Shown here in pieces: positions 9,789 to 22,811 of a stretch of DNA of 64,000 bases. Position 1 is the stretch's first letter. Each line of letters starts with the position of its first letter. A program made the position numbers and the translations under genes. Origin of the DNA: Leucoraja erinacea (taxonomy: Eukaryota); the NCBI RefSeq assembly GCF_028641065.1, contig NC_073408.1, positions 11,160,001-11,224,000 on the forward strand, written 5' to 3'. The notes beneath the pieces were generated by a model, which worked only from the letters and a program-made list of their open reading frames with translations, was not told the origin of the DNA and did no database searches.

Positions 9789-12050
9789 CTGTGGAAAGAG
9801 AAAATAACAATGACCAGAACACAAGATTTATAGTCCTTGATCTCCCAATAAAATTAACATTTCATTTTTTTCAGCTACATTAATTTCTATTTCTACTGTG
9901 CCACCTGTAGAGGTTTAAGGATGGGGTACAGCGTGGGTTCGGATTCTGTCAGCTTGGGTGCATATTGGATGGGGTGCTGTCAAGGTGAGCCTGCTTTTGG
10001 GACTGAGCTGCTGCGTTGGGTGGCGTGTTTTTGGTGGCGTGTGTTGGGTGGCGTGCGTTGGTTGGCATGTATTGGTTGGGGGCGTGTGTTGGTTGGTGTG
10101 TTTCAGGACTGGGTCGACCTCGATACGTATTGAGCTCGGGAGAGGGAATAAGCCTGAGGGGCTTAGCTACAACCACTATAACCCTCCAGGGATTGACTTG
10201 AAGAAACACAACACATTATCTAAATCTTTGACACCTTTGGGAGAGGAAATGTAAAATATACAAAATACGTTAACAAAATGTTGCCGCTCAGTAAACTGCC
10301 ATGAAGTTTCTTGTTCAAATTGTCAAAAGATAAAGTCATAGTCAAACATCACTGTAACAGGCCCTTTGGCCCAACTCATCCAACCAGACCATGATGCCCC
10401 ATCCCATTTGCTCACATTTGGCTCAACTCCTTCTAAATCGTTCCTGTCCATCCAAAAGATATTTGTATTTCGAATATTTTCAGAAAAGAAATGCTAATAC
10501 CTAAACATCCTTCAGAGTTCAAAATCAAAAGTGCTTGAATGTTATGGAAGCCAATAAGAATTCTCGTGGATTCATGAGCACAGGAAGAGGTACCTCTGGA
10601 GTATGGCCACCTATAGTTATTGGTGGACAAATGATCTGCTGTTTTATTATCTTTGCAATAACAGAAAAATAAGTTCTCAATTATATTTTCAATTAAATAT
10701 TTTTGAATAAATGGATATCAATTTTGGAATATACAAACCAAAATGATTAGATCCATAAATTCTGCCTATTAATAAAAGCTTCAGGGACAAGTGAAACAGA
10801 TTCAATGACTTCGGCAAAGAATCAGGGGGTTATGAGGAAAAACATCTGTACACGGAGAGTAGTTTGATCAAGAGCATTCTGCCTGTGGGCACAGTGAAAA
10901 CAGAATCAAATAGCCAAATGGTCATTTGTCCAAAGAGCAAGAAGTCATTCTTGTCAGCAGCCAATTGCCATTACGTTGGGATTAAAGGGTCGGCAGCTTA
11001 GAAGGCAACTGCTTTCCCCGCTAATCTTTTTAATGTCTTCTCAACTCTGGTCTACTCGCCTTCTACCACAGCTCTGTAAAACCCATGCTTATTTTTTTTA
11101 TCTAATGTCCTCCAAGATTTGTTGTTGCTAAATATGGACAGTGGGGCAACTCTCAGCTCCCCCATATGCTGGAGGAGGCAATTTTAACCCAAGTCTTTAC
11201 AGGTTGGCGGAGAAAGCCCATTTCTCACCAACTTTCCACGGTAATCTACTTCCCTATATGCCCATTAACTGCCTCCAGATTCTAGCACTCCGCTACACAC
11301 TACGGACAATCTAATGCAAACATTTAATCCACTAACCTGCATGTCTTTGGGATGTGGGAGGAAACCACAGCACTGTACGGTCCCATGGAGAACGTGCAGA
11401 CCAGGATCGTAATGGAATGGAAATTTTAGCAGGGGTTGGCCATTCGGCCATTCAAGATGATCTTGCTTTCTCTGACCCCAGCCTCATCTTCTCTTCTGTG
11501 CCACTTTCCCAGATCCCTTAATACCTCTCAAAGGGAAGAATGGAGCTATGAGCTAGCAACATTACCACCTGCGCCACTTTGACATGGTGATGAGAGGGGA
11601 GCAGAAGCCTTGGCTTTGTGAAACAAAAGGATACAAAGTGTTGGAGTAACTCGGCAGGTCAGGCAGCATCTCTAGAGGACATGGATAGGTGACATTTCTG
11701 GATGGGACCCTTCTTATTTCAGGTCCCTAAGAAGCAGGGTCCCAACCAAAAACGTCACCTATTCATAATCTACAGTGATGCTACCCGGCCCACTCAATTA
11801 CTCCAGCATTTTCTGTCCTTTTGTGTAAACCAGCATCTGCAGTATCAACGCCTTGGTTTTGTATTTCGCTGGAAAGATGGTCTGACTGTTGGTGGAACAC
11901 TCCCTCGAGGCAGATACCTCCAGTATTTGTCCGCCATGTGGCTTCACCCCACAACCCCTCTCTCGAAGCTTAAATATCACTTAACAAAGTACATCGGTAA
12001 CCCTGCACAGACTTTGCCTACACCTCGTGTGCAATGAAAGTTGAACTCAC

Positions 12051-12114
12051 CCAGCCACTGCAAGGTTGCAGCAATGACAATTCCAGAGAGCGCCCACAAC
12101 ATCTTTGCTCCCAT
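12051..12114 (-). CDS. CD3E: CD3 epsilon, first coding exon (signal peptide MGAKMLWALSGIVIAATLQWL-G)
   Basis: ATG at 12114, hydrophobic leader, phase-1 donor G|GTGAGT at 12050. A possible acceptor (ccttccatag) at 12156-12157 hints at an upstream non-coding exon. Confidence 0.85.
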
Positions 12115-14650
12115 ATCCACGGGGATCACCGTGTCCTGATGCTGTTTTACTTTTTCTATGGAAGGCAATCAGAAGACTGTGGCCTGGCCCAAACTGTGTG
12201 ACTGACTCTCACGCAGCTGAATGCTGCTGGAGTGCTCAACATCGAACAGGAAACGGAGAGAAACAACTGCCTTCACCCACTGCGGCCTTGTGTGCAGCTT
12301 CTCAGCAACACGCACAAAGCCACAAGTCGACATCCCCCGCGGTGTGCAGTTTCCATCCCGACTTCCGAATCAAGCATTGCCTTCTAACTCTTTAAACTTA
12401 TATCGACAAATCTCAAGTAATGGAGCCTGCAGTGAGCTATAGATTTAGATCTAACTGAAGGATAGTGTTGGTTTAACGGAACCCGTTTTAGATGGAGAGG
12501 GCATGAAAGCAAGTCTGAAGAGAGGAATTAGAAGGGATGGAGATGGTACGAGAGGTGCCAGAGGAAGGGAGAGGGGTGTGAGGGAGGAGAGGGGTAGAGG
12601 GCAGAGGGAAATCATCAAGTAGCGAGCTCGGTTTGGAGTGACGATTATTAGAACAGGAATGCTTTGAGATCTGTGGCAAACAGGCTCTGAGACCTTGAAG
12701 TACCCTCCAACCTAAGGAGACATCTCCAGGCTCCTTCCAGACCAATGCCATATCTTGTGCCCCACAAAAGCATTGCAAACATAATACTGGAAGGATTATG
12801 CATTAATGTATTATCCATTCCTTCTTTCGATCCTGGTCTGCGCGTTCTCCATGGAACCGTGCGGTGCTGTGGCTTCCTCCCACATCCCAAAGACATGCAG
12901 GTTGGTAGATTAAATGTCCGTAGTGTGTAAGTGGAGTACTAGAATCTGGAGGCGGTTAATGGGCACATGGGGAAGTAGATTGTTGGTGAACGTTAGTAGG
13001 AAACTTTGAGATGCAGCTCAGGCAGCATCTGTGGAGAGAGAAAAACGAAGTTAACACTTCAAATCCTAGATCTTTCATCAGATCTAAGTTCAGTTGGTCA
13101 ACAAATGTGCTTAAAGTTACAAGTCAAGTCAAGTCAAGTTTATTTGTCACATACACATACGAGATGTGCAGTGAAATGAAAGTGGCAATGCTCGCGGACT
13201 TTTGTGCAAAAGACAAACAACAAAACAACCAAACAAATTATAAACACAAATTATAAACACAATCATAACACACATATTCTTTTACATAATAACACATAAT
13301 AAATGTGAAAACACATTTGACTTCTATCCTTTCCTGGTACTGTTCAGACCATCTTTGATCTGAAACATAAAGTCTACTTCTCTCTCCATAGACGGTGTGT
13401 AACCTGCAGAGTGTTTGCAGCATTTTCTGGTTGTACTTCAGACTTCTGACACCTGCTGTTTATTATTTTTCATCGTTTCATTGAACATTTCTGCCTGTAT
13501 ATGATCTCATTTCTGACCCTCTTTACCCTATTGCACCTGTGCTCGCTGGCCTACATTGTCCCGTGTAGCATTAGGCCTCAGCTTTCAAAACAACATCCTT
13601 GCTTCCACATCCCTCTGTGATCTTGCTCCTGCAGCCCCTGAGCACGCATGAACAATCTCTCCTCCCATTCTGGCCACAATCCTATCCCATTTACCTCTAT
13701 CCCACCCCCATCCTCTCCCGATGCCTCAAGACTTCAAACTCCAAAATTCCTCAAATCCCTCCACCCCCTCTCCTACTTTAAGACACTTCAGAAAATATAT
13801 ATTTTAAATTTTTGTTTATCTCTGACTTAATATTACTTCATGGTGGCCAGTGTAAAATTGATGCCGGATTCCTCTTGTAAAACACTTTTCACTATTAATG
13901 ACCCTACACATTTGGGTCATTTTATTTTCACTTTTCCCTTGATTTACTTCAATTTTTTTAATAGCAGCAGCTCCCGAGAGATTAATCTTTAATTGCTGGA
14001 GGTTCCCACACAGTCCTGTTTTCTGATTAACTGAACGGAACGCATTGCAGAATCCGGCAGTAAGTCAAGTTACATCTCATTTTGGTTCAAGCTTCAAATT
14101 GATTGAGAGCAAAACACCTGCAGGGGTGGGAGTTCTCCATCTTAGAAGGCATCAAACAAAAAAGTCTAAAGTCAATAACATCACCTCAAAATGGTGGCCA
14201 ACTACCATCAATATATTGTGGCACAGCAGAGGGCGCTGATGATCCCTTTATGAGTTGATGTAGTCTACATCGCCACCTGCTGCCAGCAAAGCAATACTGC
14301 AGCAGCAACGCCTGATAAAGGGTCTCTCCATTCCCTCCACAGATGCTGCCTGACCCACTGAGATCCTCCAGCATTCAATTTCTGCTCAGGATTCCAGCGT
14401 CTGCAGACTCTTGTACCTCCAGACATCTTTGAGATTTCCTTTCTATTATTGCTTTATTATTATTGTCACGAGATATAGTGAAAAACGTTGTTTTGCACAG
14501 TGTCCAGGCAAATTATACCAGACATGTGTCCATCAGATAGTGCAAAAGAGAAAATAAATAAGAGTACAGAATATTGTTTTACAGTTACAGACTTGAAACA
14601 AGTGAAAGAGCCGCAACAAAGTAGATTGTAAGATCAAGAATGCATCCTAA

Positions 14651-14940
14651 AAGCCCTGTACCACTGTACGAGTTCATTCAAAGAGTTCTCCCGAGTTTGC
14701 CCTGATTCGAATTCGGAGATTTACGGTAATGGCCGCTCGTCGGTACTCGGGGCTCTCGTAGACATTTTTCAACATGTTGAAAAATCTTCACGTGTCTTCC
14801 CGAGCTTATCGCGTTTCCCGAGTACCTGCCTTAGCATTGGGAGCCGCTAAGAGATGTCCCCGAGCTCCGACGTACCCACTACATTCATTCTGCGTGCTTA
14901 CCACGGGTTTGATTTGACTGGGGAGAGCACTTGAATGACG
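14651..14940. mobile_element. Harbinger-like MITE, right end lost
   Basis: taa|aagccctgtaccact TIR-like start; internal palindrome ATTTTTCAACATGTTGAAAAAT; gggagagcacttgaatga mirrors tcattcaaagagttctccc. Confidence 0.6.
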
Positions 14941-15069
14941 GGGAAGCAGCTATTCCTGAATCTGGTGCTATGTGCTTTCAAGTTGTATCTTCTGCCTGAC
15001 AGGTGAGGGGAGAAGAGAGAATGACTGATGTGAGTAACACTTGATTATGTTGGCTGCTCTCCCGATGAG

Positions 15070-15948
15070 GATGCAGGGTGACTTGGATATGTTGGGTGAG
15101 TGGGCAGATGCATGGCAGATGCAATATAATGTGGGTAAATGTGAGGTTATCCACTTTGGTGGCAAGAACAAGAAAGCAGATTATTATCTGAATGGTGTCA
15201 GATTAGGAAAAGATGAGGTGCAACGAGACCTGGGTGTCCTTGTGCATCAGTCACTGAAAGTAAGCATGCAGGTACAGCAGGTAGTGAAGAAAGCAAATGG
15301 CATGTTGGCCTTCATAACAAGAGAATTTGAGTATAGGAGCAAGGAGCACTGCAGTTGTACAGGAACCTGGTGAGACCGCACCTGAATTATTGCGTGCAGT
15401 TTTGGTCTCCTAGTTTGAGAAAGGACATTCTTGCTATTGATGGAGTTCAGCGTTGGTTCACGAGGTTAATTCCCGGGATGGCAGGACTGACATATGATGA
15501 AAAAATGGATCGACTGGGCTTATATTCACTGGAATTTAGAAGGATGCGAGGGGATCTTATAGAAACACATACAATTATTAAGGGATTGGACAGGCTAGAT
15601 GCAGGAAAAAATGTTCCCAATGTTGGGGGAGTCCAGAATCTGGGGTCACAGTTTAAGAATAAGAGGGGAGCCATTTAAGATTGAGATGAGGAAAATCTTT
15701 TTCACCCAGAGAGTTGTGAATCTGTGGAATTCTCCGCCACAGAAGGCAGTGGAGGCCAATTCACTAGATGTATTCAAGAGAGAGTTGGATGTGGCTCTTA
15801 GGGCTAATGGAATCAAGAGATATGGGGAGAAAGCAGAAACAGGGTACTGATTCTGGATGATCAGCTATGATCACATTGAATAGCGGTGCTGGCTCGAAGG
15901 GCTGAATGGCCTACTCCTGCACCTGTTTTCTATGCTTCTATGTTTCTA
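15070..15948 (+). mobile_element. CR1 LINE 3' portion (ORF2 end and tail)
   Basis: WQMQYNVGKC, RDLGV, LVRPHLNYCVQFWSP, RRMRGDLIE, FFTQRVVNLWNS; (TTCTATG)n-like tail. Confidence 0.92.
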
Positions 15949-16637
15949 ACATGGTGTAGATGGAATCGATGACAATGGGGGAGGCTGGTTTGGGTGATGT
16001 ACTAGGCTGTGTTCATAACTCTCTGCAGTTTCTTGCAGTCTTGGGCAGGGCAGTTTGCATCTCAAGCTGTTATACATCCCAATGGGAAGGTTTCAGTGAT
16101 GAATCTGTAGAATTGGTAAGAGCTGTGGGAGACACATCGCATTTCTGAGGAAGTAGAGGCGTTGCTGTGCTATCTTGGCTGTAAAGTCAATGTGTCAATG
16201 GGTTGGACTAGGACAAACTGTTGGTGATATCTGCACCTCGGAACTTGACAATCTCCATTTCAGCACCATTCTAATGGTTAGTGTATGTACTCCACCCACT
16301 CTCTCAAATCAATGTTTTGTTGACATTGAGGGAGAGGTTGTTATATTGACGTCATGCTACTCAGCTCGCTATCTTCTTCCTGCATTCCTTCTCATGTTGT
16401 TTGAGATCTGGCCCACTTCTACTATAGTAAAACTCTGTATTCTGAAAGCCTGTGAATGGTGCTGACTCTGTGTTTGGGGCTCCTTGCAATTAGATTGCAA
16501 GTCATACAGCATTGAAACAAGGCTCTTCGGGCCACTGAGCTGACAATCAACCATGCATCTATAATTTTCCATACATTTTATTCTCCACTGATTGTCATCA
16601 ACTTCCGTCACATTCTAACCCTCACTCACACACTGAG

Positions 16638-17705
16638 ATTCAGATTCTGATTCAGATTCAGATTCAATTTTAATTGTCATTGTCAGTGTACAGTACAGAG
16701 ACAACGAAATGCATTTAGCATCTCCCTTGAAGAGCGACATAGCAAACGAGTTGAATAAAAAATAATAAGTGTCCGGGGGGGGGCGGTGATTGGCAGTTAC
16801 CGAGGTACGTTGTTGAGTAGAGTGACAGCCGCCGGAAAGAAGCTGTTCCTCGACCTGCTGGTTCGGCAACAGAGAGACCTGTAGCGCCTCCCGGATGGTA
16901 GGAGGGTAAACAGTCCATGGTTGGGGTGAGAGCAGTCCTTGGCGATGCTGAGCGCCCTCCGCAGACAGCGCTTGCTTTGGACAGACTCAATGGAGGGGAG
17001 CGTGGAACCGGTGATGCGTTGGGCAATTTTCACCACCCTCTGCAATGCCTTCCGGTCGGAGACAGAGCAGTTCCCATACCATACTGTGATGCAGTTGGTA
17101 AGGATGCTCTCGATGGTGCAGCGGTAGAAGTTCACCAGGATCTGAGGGGACAGATGGACCTTCTTCAGTCTCCTCAGGAAGAAGAGACGCTGATGAGCCT
17201 TCTTGATCAGAGTAGAAGTATTGTGGGTCCAAGAGAGGTCATCAGAGATGTTGACTCCCAGGAACCTGAAGCTAGAAACACGTTCCACCTCCGTCCCGTT
17301 AATGTGGATGGGGGTGTGCGTGCCGCCTCTGGACTTCCTGAAGTCTACAATGAGCTCCTTGGTCTTCTTGGAGTTAAGGGCCAGGTTGTTGTCAGCGCAC
17401 CATGCTGCTAAGTGCTGGACCTCCTCCCTGTAGGCCAGCTCATCGTTGTTGCTGATGAGGCCAATCACCGTTGTATCATCTGCATACTTGATGATGGTGT
17501 TAGTACCATGTACAGGTGTGCAGTCATAGGTGAAGAGGGAGTAGAGGAGGGGGCTCAGCACACAGCCCTGAGGAACGCCGGTGTTCAGGGTGAGGGTTGA
17601 AGAGGTGTGCTTGTCTAACCTCACAGACTGGGGTCTGTTGGTTAGAAAGTCCAGTATCCAGTTGCAGAGGGAGGGGTCGATGCCCAGGTTACCGAGTTTG
17701 GGGCA
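16638..17705 (-). mobile_element. 5'-truncated Rex1/Babar-type LINE with uninterrupted RT C-terminal ORF
   Basis: About 300-aa open frame with [17 protein letters not shown] and FLG motifs; (TGAATC)n 3' tail; 6-bp TSD ACTGAG at 16632-16637 and 17706-17711; inserted into a SINE. Confidence 0.92.
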
Positions 17706-18829
17706 ACTGAGGGGCAACTTACAGAGGAAAATTAACCTACCGGGCCACACAGCCATTGGGATATGGGGGGAAACAGGGAAACCTCATGGTCACAGGGAGA
17801 GCGTGCAAACTTCACACAGACAGAAGCTAAGGTCAGGATTGAAACCCAGGTCTCCAATGCTGTGAGGCAGCAGCTCTACTGACTGCTCCACTGTGTCACC
17901 CCCTAGGTTACTTAAACAGAAATAAAATACAATAAATCATAAATAATATGTGAATGGGTGGGAGTGGACCACCTGGCCCTTCCAGCCTGGCCTATCATTC
18001 ATTAGGAAGGCTGATTGATTTTGTTGTTTGATCAATTGATCAATTGATCGATTGTTGATCTGATTGTGAGATGAACTCTACCTTTGGTAACCTTTCGCCC
18101 TCTTGCCTGTCAGGACCAGTTCTCGCTCTCCTTTTAATAACACACTCCCATGTCAATGCAGGTTGCAACATCTGTCCTTCGATCCCTTCCCATCCAACTG
18201 GGCAAACCCTACTCCCACTGTATTTATAGGCTGAAAAGTAAGTGCATGTCGCAACACGCAGCAGGTAAGTCAGCATCAGTGGAGAGAGATGAATGGAATT
18301 AGTGTTACAGGTTTAGGACCTTTCATTAGATGCAGTTTCCTCTGCGAAGACAATTCAGAATAATGGTTTCATTGCCATTTCTTTATTTCCCCCAATGCAA
18401 CTTCAGACAGTAAGAGACCACATTAAGTTTACTGATCTTTTCCTTTCATGAGTCAAGAGTCAAGTGTTTTATAGTCAATATGAGAGCGGCACAGTCATGC
18501 AGCAGTAGAGTTGTTGCTTCACAGTGCCTGACACCCGGGTTTGATCCTGACAATGGGTGCTGTCTGTACAGAGTTTGCACGTTCTCCCTGTGACCGCGTG
18601 GGTTTTCTCCGAGTGCTCCAGTTTCCCCCCACACTGCAAAGACATACAGCTTTGTAGGTTGTTTGGCTTCTGTTAATTGTAAATTGTCCCTAGTGTGTAT
18701 GATAGTGCTAGTGTATGGGGTGATCGCTGGTCGGCATGGACTCGGTGGCCGAAGGATACATACAATGTATCTATTAAGTATAAATGTCCCATATGAACAA
18801 TGACATTTTGACTTCCATTCTGTTAACAC

Positions 18830-19190
18830 CAAGAGAAATCAACATTGATACCGCTGGGTTGTAAGCTGCCCAAGCAAAATATGAGGTGCTGTTCCTCCAA
18901 TTTACGTTTGGCCTCAATCTGAAAGTGGAGGAGGCCCAGGAAAGAAAGGTCAGTGTGGGAATGGGAAGGGGATTTAACGTGATTGGCAACCGGGACATCA
19001 TGTAGGCCAAGGTGGACTGAGCGAAGGTGTTCAGCGAAACGATCGCCCAGTCTGTGCTTGTTCTCGTTTCTCATTCCCCTGACTCTCAGTCTGAAGAAGG
19101 GTCTCGACCCGAAATGTCGCCCATTCCTTCTCTCTAGCGATGCTGCCTATCCTGCTGAGTTACTCCAGCTTTTTGTGTCAATCTACTATT
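18830..19190. mobile_element. Penelope-like fragment (GIY-YIG tail on -, inverted terminal repeat on +)
   Basis: RLGDRFAEHLRSV...KLEEQHLIFCLGSLQPSGIN on -, joined to a + strand CTGAAGAAGGGTCTCGACCCGAAA repeat. Confidence 0.82.
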
Positions 19191-20149
19191 TTATTTAGTT
19201 AGCTATGGGTAGATCAAGTTTCCTGTTGGGTTTTCAAAAAAAGTATATATGTTATAAACCCTGCGCTAATTATAAATCATAGTCATACATTATAATGTCA
19301 TTTTCCCAATCTACCACAGACAAGTCATTCCTCATAACTTTGTGGTTTGTTTTTGTTTCCATTTAAGGTCTCAGTTTTAGAATTAAGTCGCTACAACATG
19401 CCCTCTGGCGCCGCGCTGTGGCGATCTCCAGGCGCAGTCTCCTGCGGTGAGACCAGGTGGTGTTGGATTTAGGACAGTCCTTTGGGGAATAGCTGAGGGC
19501 CCCACTATAAGCGTCTCTCTGAGGAAAATGCACTCGCCCTGTTGCATTCGTGTTGCTGTTGGAAGGAAACTACACACTGATATCCAAAATAGACATGTTT
19601 ATCCACCACAAAAAAGGAACATTGCACTCTAATGTTTGGCCAAGTAATTGACCTACAATTGTCGGTGTGAATTGGATGTCGCGTTTATAATGGTGGCCAC
19701 TGTTCAGTATCTCAGTGATGCAAAGCGCTGGAAAAGTCCCGAAATCCTGACAGTAGCTCCATAAATGCAAGTGCAATTATATATATATATTGCACACACA
19801 CACACACATACTTTATTCACATGTATTTTTTTCGTTTCAAGCGCTTCACCGCCTCCTTTCTGAAGAAGGGTCTCGACCCGAAAAGTCACCCATACCTTTT
19901 TCTCCAGGGGTGCTGCCTGGAGCATTTTGTCTCTTATCTTTGCAATAAACCAGCATCTGCATTTCTTTGTTTCTATACTTTAAAAACAAAACACGGTTGC
20001 CTGATTCACATTTGCCAGTCGTGTAAATATATGCCACACAACATCACATTTCCAAACAAAATATTGTGAATTTGGGGCATCCTCGAAAACTGCCATGGAG
20101 CTAAAAAAAAAACTTTCTTGGAACTGCTCGGCGAGGATCGGTGTGGCTG

Positions 20150-20314
20150 TTTTAAGGGACTTGCCCCGCCTCCCATTCCTTTGTTGCTGGGCTCCGGATC
20201 CGCGACTTGTTCTCCAGCCCGGAGGTTCCCGGTCTCGACCTCTATCCTCCGCCTCGACGTTCACATTACACCCAGAGGGAAATAAACCCACAGCCAAGGT
20301 GGATCTGCGTGTCG
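20150..20314 (+). promoter_or_regulatory. probable MPZL2 proximal promoter and 5'UTR
   Basis: Local CpG enrichment and a GC-box-like CCCCGCCTCC at about 20164-20173, directly upstream of exon 1. Confidence 0.45.
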
Positions 20315-20366
20315 ATGTGGCCCCATATCTTGTCGTGGACTGTGTTAGCGGCGGCGATACTCGCAG
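20315..20366 (+). CDS. MPZL2: MPZL2 (EVA1) exon 1, signal peptide MWPHILSWTVLAAAILA-G
   Basis: ATG, hydrophobic leader, CAG|GTAAGC phase-1 donor, CpG-rich context; in frame with the exon at 29609. Confidence 0.82.
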
Positions 20367-22811
20367 GTAAGCCGTCTCGGACTGGGACACGATTGCTCGG
20401 GAAATCCTTCCACAGCCCCCCGTCCCCTCAATCCCTGACAATTTCAATCAATGACCATCAAATACGTTCTTTAAAACGTGGTGTGGCAGGTTGTAGAGTA
20501 GGTTTCGCTGGCTGGGATGTAGGGCGTATGAGTTATTTTGTTTTAAAGGTTCAATGCTTCGTCTTGTTATTACACGTTTGGAATACCAAGCATCAAACCC
20601 CGTTTCACTTAAACTCTGTCCCACTCACTACCAGATATAAACTTGCAGTGATTAGGGTTGCAGAATATTGGACTGTGTGGAAGGCATTGAAATCTCGGCC
20701 GTACAGATTGTACAAACCTGTCCGCAGCATTCCATAGGGACAACCATCTCTGGTCGGTTCTTACATACAATAGACTGGAGCCAGCCTGCTTTACATTGTG
20801 GGTCGGCCATGATGCAAGTTAATGGCAGGACAGGTTGAATGGCCTTTTTCAAACCCCCTTGTGTTTTAATTACTCCTGGATGTGAGGACTTGGCTGAGTT
20901 AAAGTGGAGTGTAGAACAAACAAAACAAAAACACCCCACCCCCACACACACCCCACCATCACACACCCCCATCCCCACACACACACACAAAATTGCTGAA
21001 ACCACTCCGCATTTGTGGGAACTTGAGAATCAGTTAATGTTTCAGATCCGAAGTTGAAGACACAGTGAATTGCAGATGCTGGGATCGTGAGCAAAACACA
21101 AAGTGCTGGAGTAACTCAGCGGGTCACTCAGTCCGTAGAAGGGTCCTGACCCAAAACTGCGCTCCCCCCTTCCCTCCTGAGACGCCGTCTGACCCGCTGA
21201 GTTACTCCATTCAGCGCTTTGTGTTTTAATGGGGACATTGAAGCCGTGTGGTGTGGTGGGGTCGGGCTATTGTGGCGAGTCATTGTGGAGATGGGTGAAT
21301 GAAGAACAGAGCCACCGTGCTGATATTGAACTGTGTGAGATGGAGCGAACCGGGAAGCGTTGGATTAACAGCGGGCCAGGCAGCATCTTTGGAGGGTAAT
21401 ACCTTGTGATTTACTGCCGAAGAGTCCAGCTGGACAATTTTACACTGGACATTTTTTTACATTTACCAAGCCAATTAACCTACAAACTTGCACGTCTTTG
21501 GAGTGTGGGAGGAAACCGAAGTTCTCGGATAAAACCCACACAGATCACGAGGAGAACGTACAAACTCCGTACAGACAGCACCCGTAGTCGGGATCGAACC
21601 CGGCTCTCCGGCGCTGCATTTTTGCTGTAAGGCAGCAACTCTACCGCTGCGCCGGATATACAATGTTTCCGGTTGGAACTCTTCTTCTGACTGATTGAGT
21701 TGACAGGAACAGATGGTGAGATTTATTTGGGACACTGCCAATGGGTGGAGATGGTGCAGTTAGCCTGTGGTGAGTGAGTGTGATGAGTGGGAACACAGGC
21801 TGAAGCCTCACCCTGTAGAGCAATGAATATGAGGATTCCAACCCCTAATCTCATCACAGCCTATGACTAACACTGTTGTAAAACCAGAAATGCCTGAATG
21901 ACTCCATGCTCCGATGAAAAGTTCTCACACCTGGAGTTTTTTGTTCCACCGATGCTGCCTGATCTGCTGTAATGTTCTGCCACTTACACTTTTTATTTCA
22001 GACTTCCAGCATCTGCACAATGTAAGCATTTTATCTCAGTGTTTTTAGTTTAGAGATACAGCCCACTGAGTCCGCACAGTCCAGCGATCCCCGCACATTA
22101 ACACTATCCGACACATACTTGGGACAATTTACACTTGTACCAAAGCCAATTAACCCACATACCTGTACGTCTTTGAAGTGTGGGAGGAAACCGAAGATCT
22201 TGGAGGAAACCCAATGGGATCGATGGGAGAATGTATAAACTCCATAAAGACAGCACCCGTAGTCAGGATCGAACCCAGCAATTACATGCAAGCAATTAAA
22301 TGTATGTAAGGCAGGAACTCTACCACTGCTCCACCATCCTGCACACGGATTTTGAATGCACCCAAATCTCTGGTGGGACCTCAAACCCTGAGCAGGGAAG
22401 GACGACCAGACCAGTACTCCAGCTGCGGAGAGGATGTGTGAGTTCCAAATAAAGTGAGGGTGTGATTCCATTTTAATGTGATCCCAGCAGTAGAATGGTC
22501 TATTGTCAGGGTCAACAACAGTGTTGTTTAATAGGCTAACCAGTGCACTAACCTTCTGGTTGTAGAATCATAGAGTCTTACAGTGTGGAAACAGGCCCTT
22601 CAGCCCAACTTGCCCACACCAGCCAACATGTCCCATTCACACTAGTCCCACCTGCTTGCTTTTGCCCCATATCCCTCTAAACCTGCCCTATCCATGCACC
22701 TGTCTAAAACATTCTTAGTTGATAAAAAGTAAGTATAGAGAGATACAGCATGAAAACAGGCCCTTCGACCCACCAAGTCCGTGCTGACCATCAACCATCT
22801 ATTTACACCAA

